38,094 nt of DNA from an uncultured Syntrophobacterales bacterium (GTDB lineage Bacteria; Desulfobacterota; Syntrophia; Syntrophales; UBA5619), in NCBI GenBank assembly GCA_903903205.1, contig CAIUXU010000189.1:1-38094 (forward strand), given 5' to 3'. Position 1 is the stretch's first letter, and each line of letters opens with the position of its first letter. Made by a program: the position numbers and the translations under genes. Below the pieces are notes generated by a model. The model was given only the letters and a program-made list of their open reading frames with translations, was not told the DNA's origin and made no database searches. This document shows positions 16,379 through 25,007 of this stretch, one piece after another.

Positions 16379-16599
16379 CAGCGCAAGAGAATAAAGACAA
16401 CACCTGGAATATATGGGCAAAAAAGGTTCTCAGCGATATCGAGCGGATGGAAGAGAAGCTGGAACTTCTCACGGCAGAATTGGCCAAGTGTTGCTCTGCT
16501 ATAGAGGTGTTAAAAGCTCAGGCGGTCATCATCGGCGGAATCGGCGGAACTCTATCCGCCCTGGCAGTGAGCCTGATTGTGAGGCATCTCTATGGATAA
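16375..16599 (+). CDS. Tail-anchored small membrane protein (coiled coil plus C-terminal TM)
   Basis: ATGA overlap. The C-terminal hydrophobic segment AVIIGGIGGTLSALAVSLIV follows a heptad-like region. It could be a holin/antiholin/spanin-type component. Confidence 0.5.
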   Translation: MTAQENKDNTWNIWAKKVLSDIERMEEKLELLTAELAKCCSAIEVLKAQAVIIGGIGGTLSALAVSLIVRHLYG

Positions 16600-16617
16600 G
16601 AAAGAGGATACTTACTG

Positions 16618-16875
16618 ATGGCAGAACCCACTTTGCGACAACTTACTGACTTGCTGATCCGAACCGACGAGGACCTGCGTTGCCATCAAGAAGAGCTGTA
16701 CGCTCAATCGCAGGAACTCCGTGAAATGCAAAAGCGACTGGCGGTGATCATGCTGGCGCGGGTCGAAGATTTGGTAATGGTGCGGGAAGAAATCAAGATT
16801 GAAATCTGGAAATCCGCACTGCTGAGAGTGCAGAAAACCCAGGGGGTGCGGCATGAGTCGCCTGATACCGTCTGA
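16618..16875 (+). CDS. Hypothetical coiled-coil protein
   Basis: 85-aa ORF, E/L/R/Q-rich, in a lower-GC stretch. Confidence 0.45.
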   Translation: MAEPTLRQLTDLLIRTDEDLRCHQEELYAQSQELREMQKRLAVIMLARVEDLVMVREEIKIEIWKSALLRVQKTQGVRHESPDTV

Positions 16876-17041
16876 GTGCCCGTACTGCGGACAGGCATCT
16901 GTGATCACGCACACGACATGCGAGGAAACAATCTACCGCTGCCAGGGCTGTCTGGACCACTGGACATATCACAACAGGAGACAACGTGGAGAAAAGGCTA
17001 AAATGCCCTCTGTGCCGCAGCTTAAATCTGACGCGGTATGA
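16853..17041 (+). CDS. Small zinc-ribbon protein
   Basis: CPYC-x17-CQGC four-Cys arrangement in a 62-aa ORF. Confidence 0.5.
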   Translation: MSRLIPSECPYCGQASVITHTTCEETIYRCQGCLDHWTYHNRRQRGEKAKMPSVPQLKSDAV

Positions 17042-17195
17042 CGCGGAGGAGAAGACATACGAACTGATCACCTGTGATGACTGCAAACTGATTTGGAAGA
17101 AATTACTGACAGGGCGCTGGGTGGACCCGCTTACAGGCAACGCACGAGGGGATGTGCTGCTGGAGATGCCACATGATGATCTACTACCAGGATAA
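16986..17195 (+). CDS. Small zinc-ribbon protein
   Basis: GTG start, with AGGAG (16976-16980) 5 nt upstream. CPLC-x17-CDDC. Confidence 0.5.
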   Translation: MEKRLKCPLCRSLNLTRYDAEEKTYELITCDDCKLIWKKLLTGRWVDPLTGNARGDVLLEMPHDDLLPG

Positions 17196-17334
17196 CAGGT
17201 GCGATGTGACGAAAGCACACTGCCAGAGAGGGTCGCTCCCGGAGTGCCCGGAGCTGCGAAACGGGTTGGAAATACCCTGTCCGCATTTCGAGCATAAAAT
17301 CCGCAGCGGGTATCAGGTTGATACGAAAGGGTGA
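17173..17334 (+). CDS. Small Cys/His-rich protein
   Basis: GGAG (17162-17165) lies 7 nt before ATG 17173. The 53 aa contain 4 Cys plus HFEH. Confidence 0.4.
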   Translation: MMIYYQDNRCDVTKAHCQRGSLPECPELRNGLEIPCPHFEHKIRSGYQVDTKG

Positions 17335-17443
17335 GATGAGCAGAAAGATCGATCATCGCTGGAATCGGCGTGATCCTCTGGAAGATCTTCCTGGGTCATA
17401 TCGACCTGATCATTAAGTAGAGTCTGCGACACGGGGTGGGGTG

Positions 17444-17863
17444 ATGATCACGGCTCGGCTCATCCGGACGGAAACCTCGGACCAGGGAACCTTTGGGATC
17501 CTGGAGGCCTCCGGATTTGTCTGTCATACGGCCGAGCCTCCCTGGCGAGACAATCAGCCGGGGATCTCCTGCATCCCGCCAGGCGTTTACCTGGTAGAAC
17601 CATGGAACAGCCGCCGTTTTCCACGGACATTCCACATCCGGAACGTTGTGGAACGGGTCGCGATTCTTACCCACACGGGAAATCTGGCCGGGGATCCGTC
17701 GAGGGGATGGCGGCGCCATACCCTGGGCTGCATCCTTCCGGGATTGAAGCGGGGATATATCGAGAAGCAAAGGGCGGTCCTTTTATCGAGTACCGCAATG
17801 AACCGGATCCGGGAGGTGGTAGGTTCCGCCGTCTGGTCCCTGACGATCGAACAGCGGAGGTAA
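17444..17863 (+). CDS. DUF5675-like protein, candidate cell-wall hydrolase (endolysin slot)
   Basis: QGTFGIL...FVCHTAEPPW...SCIPPGVYLV...ILTHTGNLAGD...LGCILPG follows the DUF5675 pattern as I remember it (G..G.L...C.T.E, IP.G.Y, H.GN...D..GCI..G). It sits directly upstream of the holin-like gene. Confidence 0.45.
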   Translation: MITARLIRTETSDQGTFGILEASGFVCHTAEPPWRDNQPGISCIPPGVYLVEPWNSRRFPRTFHIRNVVERVAILTHTGNLAGDPSRGWRRHTLGCILPGLKRGYIEKQRAVLLSSTAMNRIREVVGSAVWSLTIEQRR

Positions 17864-17868
17864 GGGTC

Positions 17869-18447
17869 ATGGATTGGTTGAGCAGCGTTTTCAGCACGGG
17901 CGCATCGGCGCTCTCCGGCGGGATTCTGGGGCTTTTCGGCGGACTCTTTTCGCGCCTGTTTGACTGGCTGACGGTCCGGGAGAAGATCAAGCAGGATAAA
18001 CTCCGCTATGACCACGAAATAGCCGTTTTGCAGATTGAGACACAGCGCGACGTTGTCGTCGCCAGGGAGGAGGCAAACGCCCGGCGCGAAGTCGCCGAAT
18101 CGGAAGCGCTCGGCAAATCCTTCGAAGCGGACCGGGCCACCTACCTGGTCCCGGAGATCGCGAAGGATCTCCCCTCCTGGGCGCGCGGGATTGTCGCCGC
18201 GGTGATGGCCTTTGTCGATTTTGTCCGCGGGATGACGCGGCCGGGGTTAACGCTCTACCTCTGCGTTCTGACGACGATGATCTATATGCAGGTTCAAACG
18301 GCGATCATCAAGGCGGGTGGCGAGCCGATCACCAAAGAGATGTCCTATGGTTTGATCAAACTCATCATCGAAACGGTGCTCTTTTTGACGACGACGGCCG
18401 TGTGCTGGTGGTTTGCCGCACGGGCGAAGTCTGCGCAGGAGAAATAG
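17869..18447 (+). CDS. Multi-TM membrane protein, holin-like (resembles the GTA 3-TM holin family)
   Basis: GGAGG lies 8 nt upstream of ATG 17869. It has an N-terminal Gly-rich TM (GASALSGGILGLFGGLF), a charged helix, then 2-3 TMs around the GMTRPGLTLYLCVL motif. It ends 3 nt before the tape-measure start. Confidence 0.45.
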   Translation: MDWLSSVFSTGASALSGGILGLFGGLFSRLFDWLTVREKIKQDKLRYDHEIAVLQIETQRDVVVAREEANARREVAESEALGKSFEADRATYLVPEIAKDLPSWARGIVAAVMAFVDFVRGMTRPGLTLYLCVLTTMIYMQVQTAIIKAGGEPITKEMSYGLIKLIIETVLFLTTTAVCWWFAARAKSAQEK

Positions 18448-18450
18448 GAA

Positions 18451-21129
18451 ATGGCCAACGTATCCAAAACAGTGGAGATTGTTTTTGGAGGGAAAGACGA
18501 CCTCAGCAAGGTGATCGACCAGATCGGGCGGAAGTTTGACGACCTGGGCGGCCTGACCGACAAGATCACCGAACCGCTGGCCAAGGTCGGCAAATCCATC
18601 CTGGAGATCGACGCCGCCCTCATGGCGCTCGCGATCGGTGGTCTGGCGTACGCAATCAAGGAATCCTCCTCGTTCAACAAATCCTTTGCGCTGATCTCCA
18701 CGTCGATCACCGCGACCGGCGACGACCTGGCCAAGTATCGGACGGACATCCTGAACTACTCCACCACGTCGGTGAAATCTCTCGAAGAGATCAACGCATC
18801 TCTCTACACAGCGGCCCAGGCGGGGGTGAAATACGCGGATTCGATTGGCTTTATCCGCAAGGCGGAGGAGCTTGCCGTCGCGAACAACGCGAACCTGAAC
18901 ACGACGGTCGATCTGTTGACCGGGACGATGAACTCCTATGGCTATACCCTGAAAGATGTCGCCCGCCTGAATGACATCTTCTTCACCTCCACGCTGATCG
19001 GCAAGCAGACGATTGACGACCTGGGCCAAAGCATGGGCCAGGTCGTCGGCATCGCGGCCAATTCGGGCGTATCGTTTGAGGAACTGTCGGCGGCCATCGC
19101 CACCCTGACAGCCAAGGGACTGAAAACCGAGGAGGCGATTACGGCGGTCAAGGGGGTGATCACGACGATCATCGCCCCCTCCAAAGAGGCGGCGACTGCG
19201 GCGAAGGAGCTCGGCCTGAACTTCTCGCTGACAGAGTTGAGTACCAAAGGCTTCTCCGCCATGCTGACCGAGATCATGGCGAAGACAGGCGGCAGCAAAG
19301 AGAAGATGGTCGATCTCTTCAACGAAGTCCGCGCGATGAACGGGGCCTTGATGCTGACCGGCGACGGGATGAAATTCTTCGGAACCGCGCTCGACCAGAT
19401 CAAGAATTCGACCGGGTCGGCGGAAGAGGCCTATGCGAAGATGGTGGCGACATTCTCCAATCAAAGCCAGATGATGATCAACGTCGCCCGGACAACGATG
19501 GTGGACATTGGAACCCAGATCGAACCCTCCGCCGCCAGGGTCGCCGGGGCGCTTGCCGGCCTCTTCACCGGGATCAAGATCGGCGTGGAAGCCGGTGCGT
19601 TTGACCCGCTCTTTGCCTACCTCGATCAGGTGGCGGGCTCCCTTGCGACCTGGTTCAATGGGATCGCGACAGCGATGCCGGAGGCGTTCTCCAAACTCAA
19701 TTTCGCAGGTCTTATCGCCGCGTTTACCGACCTCGGCCGCGCAATCAATGACTATTTCGGCGGGATGGACCTGACCCAAGCGGATGACCTGGCCGGCGTG
19801 ATGCAGCTCTTGATCGACATGGTCACCGGCATCGTTCGCGTCAGCACAGGGATGGCCGACGCCTTCCGGCCTTTTGCAACGGTGATTCTTGATTTCTTTA
19901 CGACGCTTGCCGCAGGCGGTCCGGAGACACAAGCGACGATGGGCCAGATCCTTGCGTTTTCCCAGGCGATCCAGTCGGCCGGCCTGGGCGTTGTCGCCGC
20001 GATCCTGGCGATCAATGAATTCCAGGTCTCGATGCGGGGGATCTTTGAGGTGATTGCCGGAGGCGCTTCGCTTGTGGCGAACGGCTTGAAGACCACATTG
20101 TTGCTAATTATGGACTGGATACTGCAACTTGAGGGAGCGATAGTCCAGACCATCAACACATTAACGGGGGGAATGTTTCCAGGGCTGGGAGCTCTCCAGG
20201 AACAGATAGGGCAGCAAATTACAGCAGGCCGTGATGCTATCGAAAAAAGCGGGCTTTCCGCAGCCGATGCTCTATCAAAAATGGGCGACGGATTTGTCAG
20301 ACTGGGCACCGAAACCGGAGTCAGCAGGGACAGGGCGGAGGAGTTACGCAAGAAGCTGACCGAGATCCCCGCCGTAACCGCCCCGGAGATCAAGATCACG
20401 GGCGTCGCCGAGACGGCCAAAACGGTCGAAGAAATCAGCGTCGCCCTCGAAACAATTCCGGAAAAGTTGCAAACCACGGTCGAAGTCCTCGCCGACGGAT
20501 CCACGATTGAAAGGGCCGCCGGCATGATCAAACAGACCTTTCCGGATGGCCAGGTAGTGTGGACAAATATCGGCCTTAAAACGGACGGCGCCAGCATCGA
20601 TGCGGCAAAATCCAAACTGGACAAAGCCGCGCCCGACAAAAAAGAGATCGAGGTGCAACTTAAACTGGATGAGATCAAACTAAAGGAAAAGTCAGACATC
20701 ATCCAGAAGTCGATCGAATGGAAGGCCAAAATAGATATTGCCAATATTGAAGCCAATACAAAAATCATGGAGGCGACGTTCAAGTCGCTTGACAATACAA
20801 TCACCAACACGGGAGCGACCATGTCGTCCCTCGCAGGTACATATGCGTCCATGCAAACCGCAGGCAAGGGGGGCACTTCGGTGATCGAGCAGTTGATGTC
20901 CGACGAGAACAAGCGGAGGGAGGAGACACTGACGCTCCAGAAGCAATTGACGACGGCGGAGATCGACAATGTGAAGAAGCGAAACGATGCTATGGACCGG
21001 GGGGAATCCACGATCACGATTAACGGAGCGGGGTTACAGCCCCACCTCGAAGCATTTATGTTTACGATTCTCGAAGCGATTCAGGTCCGGGCCAACGCCG
21101 AGGGTCAGAAATTCCTTGTGGGGGTGTAG
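18451..21129 (+). CDS. Tail tape measure protein (TP901-family core)
   Basis: 892 aa. The core region is LISTSITATGDDLAKYRTDILNYS...SLEEINASLYTAAQAGV...NLNTTVDLLTGTMNSYG...VARLNDIFFTSTLIGKQTIDDLGQSMGQV. Long helical and TM-like Gly/Ala stretches. Confidence 0.9.
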   Translation: MANVSKTVEIVFGGKDDLSKVIDQIGRKFDDLGGLTDKITEPLAKVGKSILEIDAALMALAIGGLAYAIKESSSFNKSFALISTSITATGDDLAKYRTDILNYSTTSVKSLEEINASLYTAAQAGVKYADSIGFIRKAEELAVANNANLNTTVDLLTGTMNSYGYTLKDVARLNDIFFTSTLIGKQTIDDLGQSMGQVVGIAANSGVSFEELSAAIATLTAKGLKTEEAITAVKGVITTIIAPSKEAATAAKELGLNFSLTELSTKGFSAMLTEIMAKTGGSKEKMVDLFNEVRAMNGALMLTGDGMKFFGTALDQIKNSTGSAEEAYAKMVATFSNQSQMMINVARTTMVDIGTQIEPSAARVAGALAGLFTGIKIGVEAGAFDPLFAYLDQVAGSLATWFNGIATAMPEAFSKLNFAGLIAAFTDLGRAINDYFGGMDLTQADDLAGVMQLLIDMVTGIVRVSTGMADAFRPFATVILDFFTTLAAGGPETQATMGQILAFSQAIQSAGLGVVAAILAINEFQVSMRGIFEVIAGGASLVANGLKTTLLLIMDWILQLEGAIVQTINTLTGGMFPGLGALQEQIGQQITAGRDAIEKSGLSAADALSKMGDGFVRLGTETGVSRDRAEELRKKLTEIPAVTAPEIKITGVAETAKTVEEISVALETIPEKLQTTVEVLADGSTIERAAGMIKQTFPDGQVVWTNIGLKTDGASIDAAKSKLDKAAPDKKEIEVQLKLDEIKLKEKSDIIQKSIEWKAKIDIANIEANTKIMEATFKSLDNTITNTGATMSSLAGTYASMQTAGKGGTSVIEQLMSDENKRREETLTLQKQLTTAEIDNVKKRNDAMDRGESTITINGAGLQPHLEAFMFTILEAIQVRANAEGQKFLVGV

Positions 21130-21131
21130 GG

Positions 21132-21476
21132 ATGATAGGGGTAGCGGCCAGGACGTTTGATCAGGAAGGAAGCCGGATATACAGGGGGGGATTGGATCGC
21201 GACGACGTCACCGCGCGACGAATCTCCCGGACGGCGACGCTGGACGGAGGGTGTCTGATCAGCGACATGGGGGCGTCGGTCAGCGACAAGAATATAACGA
21301 TTGAAATCAATAACGCAAGCTCTGACGAGATCATCTTCGCCCGGTATATCACCGAAACGTATGGTTCCGTTACGTTGACGACGGAGATCTCCTGTTATTC
21401 GGCGGCGCCGGAGTCCTGTACCGTCAAGGACGGGGTATTGACGCTCAAGTTCCTGATTGAGGGACAACTTTCTTAG
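21132..21476 (+). CDS. Minor/distal tail protein (by position)
   Basis: 114-aa ORF starting 2 nt after the TMP stop. Confidence 0.5.
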   Translation: MIGVAARTFDQEGSRIYRGGLDRDDVTARRISRTATLDGGCLISDMGASVSDKNITIEINNASSDEIIFARYITETYGSVTLTTEISCYSAAPESCTVKDGVLTLKFLIEGQLS

Positions 21477-21485
21477 GAGGAGAAG

Positions 21486-21929
21486 ATGGGAAGCACGTTT
21501 ACGCTTTATGGAGCGGCGCGGAAACAGATACTCGGCGCCATTGACCTCGCTACCGATACAGTCAAACTGGCGCTCGTAACGTCATCCTACACGCCGAGCC
21601 TGCTTGACTCGGCGTGGGCGCAGGTATCCGATTTCGAGGTTGCGGCTGTAGCAAGCCCGAGCAACGGCTACACGGCGGGCGGGAAGGAGTTGACGGAATG
21701 CGAGGTGACGAATACGGCCACGGAGTCGACATTTGATGCGGCGGATGTGACGTGGACGCTCTTGACCGGGACATTCCGCTACGGGGTCCTGTACGTCGTC
21801 GGGACAAAAGGCGGCGTCGTCAACCCCCTGTTGGGATATGTCCTGTACGATTCAACGCCTTCCGACATCAATATCAATGCTGTCGATTGGACGACACAAT
21901 GGAACGGAAACGGGATCATTACCTGCTAA
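21486..21929 (+). CDS. Minor tail protein (by position)
   Basis: 147-aa ORF with AGGAGGAG RBS. No family recognised. Confidence 0.5.
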   Translation: MGSTFTLYGAARKQILGAIDLATDTVKLALVTSSYTPSLLDSAWAQVSDFEVAAVASPSNGYTAGGKELTECEVTNTATESTFDAADVTWTLLTGTFRYGVLYVVGTKGGVVNPLLGYVLYDSTPSDININAVDWTTQWNGNGIITC

Positions 21930-21944
21930 GGCGGCTAAGGGCAC

Positions 21945-24806
21945 ATGGGACAGGTAAAAATTACAGGCGGCGGCCCGACCGGGCTGTATGACATCGAGAT
22001 CCTGCAACCGCTTGATAAGGCTGCGGCCAGGCAAGCCGATATCGCGGCGCATCTCGTCCTGTATGACACAAAATATATACCAGAGGCGGCTACCGCGACG
22101 TTGACCGCCCGCTCGGCGGTCGCCGCAGCCGCGAGCGCGTTGAGTACGGCGCCCCCGGCTGCGGTACAGTCTTGCCGAAGCGCGCTCTTGAGGGCTCAAG
22201 AAGCGTTGGAGGCCTCTATCCGTAAAAGCGCGGCACTCCTGCTCAGCAAGGAAGCGCTGAAGAAAGAGCAGGACATGCTGACAAAGGCGACAGAGGTTGT
22301 TGCGCGCACCGGAGTATGGTGCGCGGACCTTACGGAAGTCCTGGCTGCAGGATCGACTGCGGGAACCATAGAAGTGAACGGCGTCGATTCGCAAATCATC
22401 ATCCGGCCGCGAGGCTCCGTGACCGAGTCCACCGGAATCATTCAGCACGTCGGATTAAACAAGGCGACAGGGACGTTTGTCAACCTCGCGCTACTGGCGG
22501 CATGGCAGAAGTATAAACCGACGTGCCGCATAGGCGTCTTGACCACAGTCGATACGGCGGGGAATACGTGCGCGCTCAACCTGGTTTCGGCCCTGAGCTC
22601 GGTACAGTCTCTGGACATTAACAGGGAGACATCGCTATCAAACGTCCCGATCGTCTATATGGACTGCAACGCGGAAGTGTTCAACCCCGGCGACAGGGTC
22701 GTAGTCGAGTTCATAAACCAGAGCTGGGCGACCCCCAGGGTGATCGGGTTCGAGGATCACCCGGTCGGTCCCGGAGGCGTTGCGTTGCCGGCAGCAGATT
22801 ATTTTGTGTTCACGACAAGCGGAATAAAGTTGGTGAATATAGGATCGGGCGGGGTGAAGTTGCTCGCCTCCCGGAGCAACGCCGACGCGTACCACGGAAA
22901 CTCAGCGGGCACCCCGGTGACGTGGTTCAGCAAGCGATTCATGCACGATGTTGGGACGACAGGGACGCGGGAGCTCTATTTTATCGCGACATCGCTATGG
23001 CTTAACCCGCAACCGTTTGTCGGCGGGGCGGCGTTCTTTGCCGCAAACCCGTCGCACCCGCTGGTAACGAATACCGCAAGCACGCAGATTACGTCCACCG
23101 CACAAGTGCTGACCGACTTGAACCACGTGAACGAGGAAGTCAACCACGCGCACACCTACGTTTCAGACCCCGTTGGAAATGACAACTGGCGCTTCATGGG
23201 CGTGGGGGAGTCAGGCGACTGCGAGGACTTTGCGTTGACAAAGGCGCAGAAACTCCTGGACATGGGATACCCGGCGTCCGCGATCCATCTGGAAGGGGGA
23301 GTCGTCGAAGCAAATGTGATCGGCCACGCCTGGCTCGTTGTGCAGACGACGATAGGCGACTTTGCCCTGGATACCAAAAGCGATCGGGTCGTTGCCAACG
23401 CCAGCCTGACGAATGCCCTGGGCCTTGCGTACACCGGCAGGCGACGGCAGATCGGAATGAACTGGGCTTTTGTGGATAGCTGGGGTTGGGTGCTATCGTC
23501 CAGCCAGCAACAGGATGCTCTATGGACGACCTGCTGGTACATCCTCGACCCGTTGCTCAACATTTTCTATGAGATGTTCCCCGGACAAACGACGACCACC
23601 CCATTTTACGGGGCAGCGGACCTGCTTGGGAACTGGGTCATATCGCACCCGTCGGTAAATTTTTCGGATGACAACGCCACAATTTACACGGCTATTAACG
23701 GGTGGGTGCAGGGGTTCCATCTCGGAGACAATGCGCTCGAAAACCGGGTAGTCGGGCCGTACTCAGGACTCGGCTACGTGGATACGGACGGGAACGTCAT
23801 TATTGCAGACGAGTCAGGCACCAAAGAGTGGTGGTTCGGATACCCCAGAGACAAGGTGTTGGTTACAGAATTTGAAGATATCCCCGGAATCCATCTGTAT
23901 TTCATCCATGATACGCTGTTGGGGGATTTCAAGGCGCTGTACGATGTGCGGGTCTCTGACGAGGATGGCTGTTACGGGTACGAGTACCACTATGCAGAGG
24001 GCACGTTTACGGCCGAATATTCGGTCCCGGCGAACCCCGAGATTATTACCCGCACGGAACCGAATAGCCAGTACAGACGAAACTACACATACACCACGAC
24101 ACGAACCAACATCCTGTCGGGATCGCAAAAAAATTGGGTGGATAGCGGCCACTACCGGTTCGAGTGGTATCATATCATCACCTCTTCACCGGAGGCGTGG
24201 GGCTGGACCTGGGTGGAGGGCGATATCGACGGCGGAACAGGAACGGGACTCGCCGATTACCATTTGAAGATAGAATGGACAGACCCGGAAGAGCCCGATT
24301 TCCAAGTCTACCAAGAGTCAACCGTCTCCTTTGAGAATGTCCCTTACAATCCCGACACAGGGACGGGCGGCGGCTATGAAGTATCGAGTTGCGTTACGGC
24401 GCCCGCGATAAGCAAAGCGAAGACAGCATGCCCGGTTGGAATGGATGACACCTACGACCCCAATATCTGCCTGCTGTTTGAGGATACGACAGGTGAACTG
24501 CACAAATACCCGTATACATTTACGAGCGAAAATAGCGATCGGACATACGTTGCGTATGACACCACGCTCGACTGTTACGCCATCAACCCCGAAAAACCGG
24601 ACAACATCCTGTTCAGGTGGATGGATTTCAGCATCGGTACGGCGAAGGTGGCCGGGTTCGTCATCAACGGATCATCCGGGCTGATCAAGAAGGTTTTCCG
24701 TGGCGGGTCGCCGTATCTCGGCACGCTCGCTGCGGCGCTCGGAACCAGCGAGAGCGCAATCCTCGGCCTCGCTTACGTTCCCTCAACAAACAGATTGAAC
24801 CCATAG
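21945..24806 (+). CDS. Large tail protein with an internal BTLCP (transglutaminase-like cysteine peptidase, C93) domain
   Basis: 953 aa. WRFMGVGESGDCEDFALTKAQKLLDMGYPASAIHLEGGVV...GHAWLVVQTTIGDFALDT gives the Cys (codon 23220), His (23325) and Asp (23370) triad order of BTLCP. Confidence 0.65.
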   Translation: MGQVKITGGGPTGLYDIEILQPLDKAAARQADIAAHLVLYDTKYIPEAATATLTARSAVAAAASALSTAPPAAVQSCRSALLRAQEALEASIRKSAALLLSKEALKKEQDMLTKATEVVARTGVWCADLTEVLAAGSTAGTIEVNGVDSQIIIRPRGSVTESTGIIQHVGLNKATGTFVNLALLAAWQKYKPTCRIGVLTTVDTAGNTCALNLVSALSSVQSLDINRETSLSNVPIVYMDCNAEVFNPGDRVVVEFINQSWATPRVIGFEDHPVGPGGVALPAADYFVFTTSGIKLVNIGSGGVKLLASRSNADAYHGNSAGTPVTWFSKRFMHDVGTTGTRELYFIATSLWLNPQPFVGGAAFFAANPSHPLVTNTASTQITSTAQVLTDLNHVNEEVNHAHTYVSDPVGNDNWRFMGVGESGDCEDFALTKAQKLLDMGYPASAIHLEGGVVEANVIGHAWLVVQTTIGDFALDTKSDRVVANASLTNALGLAYTGRRRQIGMNWAFVDSWGWVLSSSQQQDALWTTCWYILDPLLNIFYEMFPGQTTTTPFYGAADLLGNWVISHPSVNFSDDNATIYTAINGWVQGFHLGDNALENRVVGPYSGLGYVDTDGNVIIADESGTKEWWFGYPRDKVLVTEFEDIPGIHLYFIHDTLLGDFKALYDVRVSDEDGCYGYEYHYAEGTFTAEYSVPANPEIITRTEPNSQYRRNYTYTTTRTNILSGSQKNWVDSGHYRFEWYHIITSSPEAWGWTWVEGDIDGGTGTGLADYHLKIEWTDPEEPDFQVYQESTVSFENVPYNPDTGTGGGYEVSSCVTAPAISKAKTACPVGMDDTYDPNICLLFEDTTGELHKYPYTFTSENSDRTYVAYDTTLDCYAINPEKPDNILFRWMDFSIGTAKVAGFVINGSSGLIKKVFRGGSPYLGTLAAALGTSESAILGLAYVPSTNRLNP

Positions 24807-24817
24807 GAGGAGAAGAG

Positions 24818-24994
24818 ATGGAACAAGCAGATTTGGAAAAGATCATCGCATCAATGGCGGAAAACTTGGCAGCAGTCACCAGGGTCCTTGAAGTTTTGCA
24901 AACACAGGCTCAAAACCCACATGGCCCTCCTGCGCCTGCAAGGATGACCGCTCCTATGGCGGGCAGGATACTTACATCAGAAACCGCGAAGTAA
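24818..24994 (+). CDS. Small 58-aa ORF between the large tail genes
   Basis: GGAGGAG lies upstream of ATG 24818; the track ORF 24617..24994 extends back into the previous gene. Confidence 0.45.
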   Translation: MEQADLEKIIASMAENLAAVTRVLEVLQTQAQNPHGPPAPARMTAPMAGRILTSETAK

Positions 24995-25007
24995 GAAGGA
25001 GACCGAG

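Noticed and set aside
17340-17420. A hydrophobic reading frame (IIAGIGVILWKIFLGHIDLIIK) between the Cys-rich ORF and the DUF5675-like gene
   Set aside because: The frame is closed by TGA at 17337-17339. It has no ATG and only a late GTG giving 16 aa, so it is too short and unsupported.
18247-21017. Minus-strand ORFs 18247..19932 (561 aa) and 19752..21017 (421 aa)
   Set aside because: They are antisense to the clearly recognisable tape-measure gene, and their composition is low-complexity.
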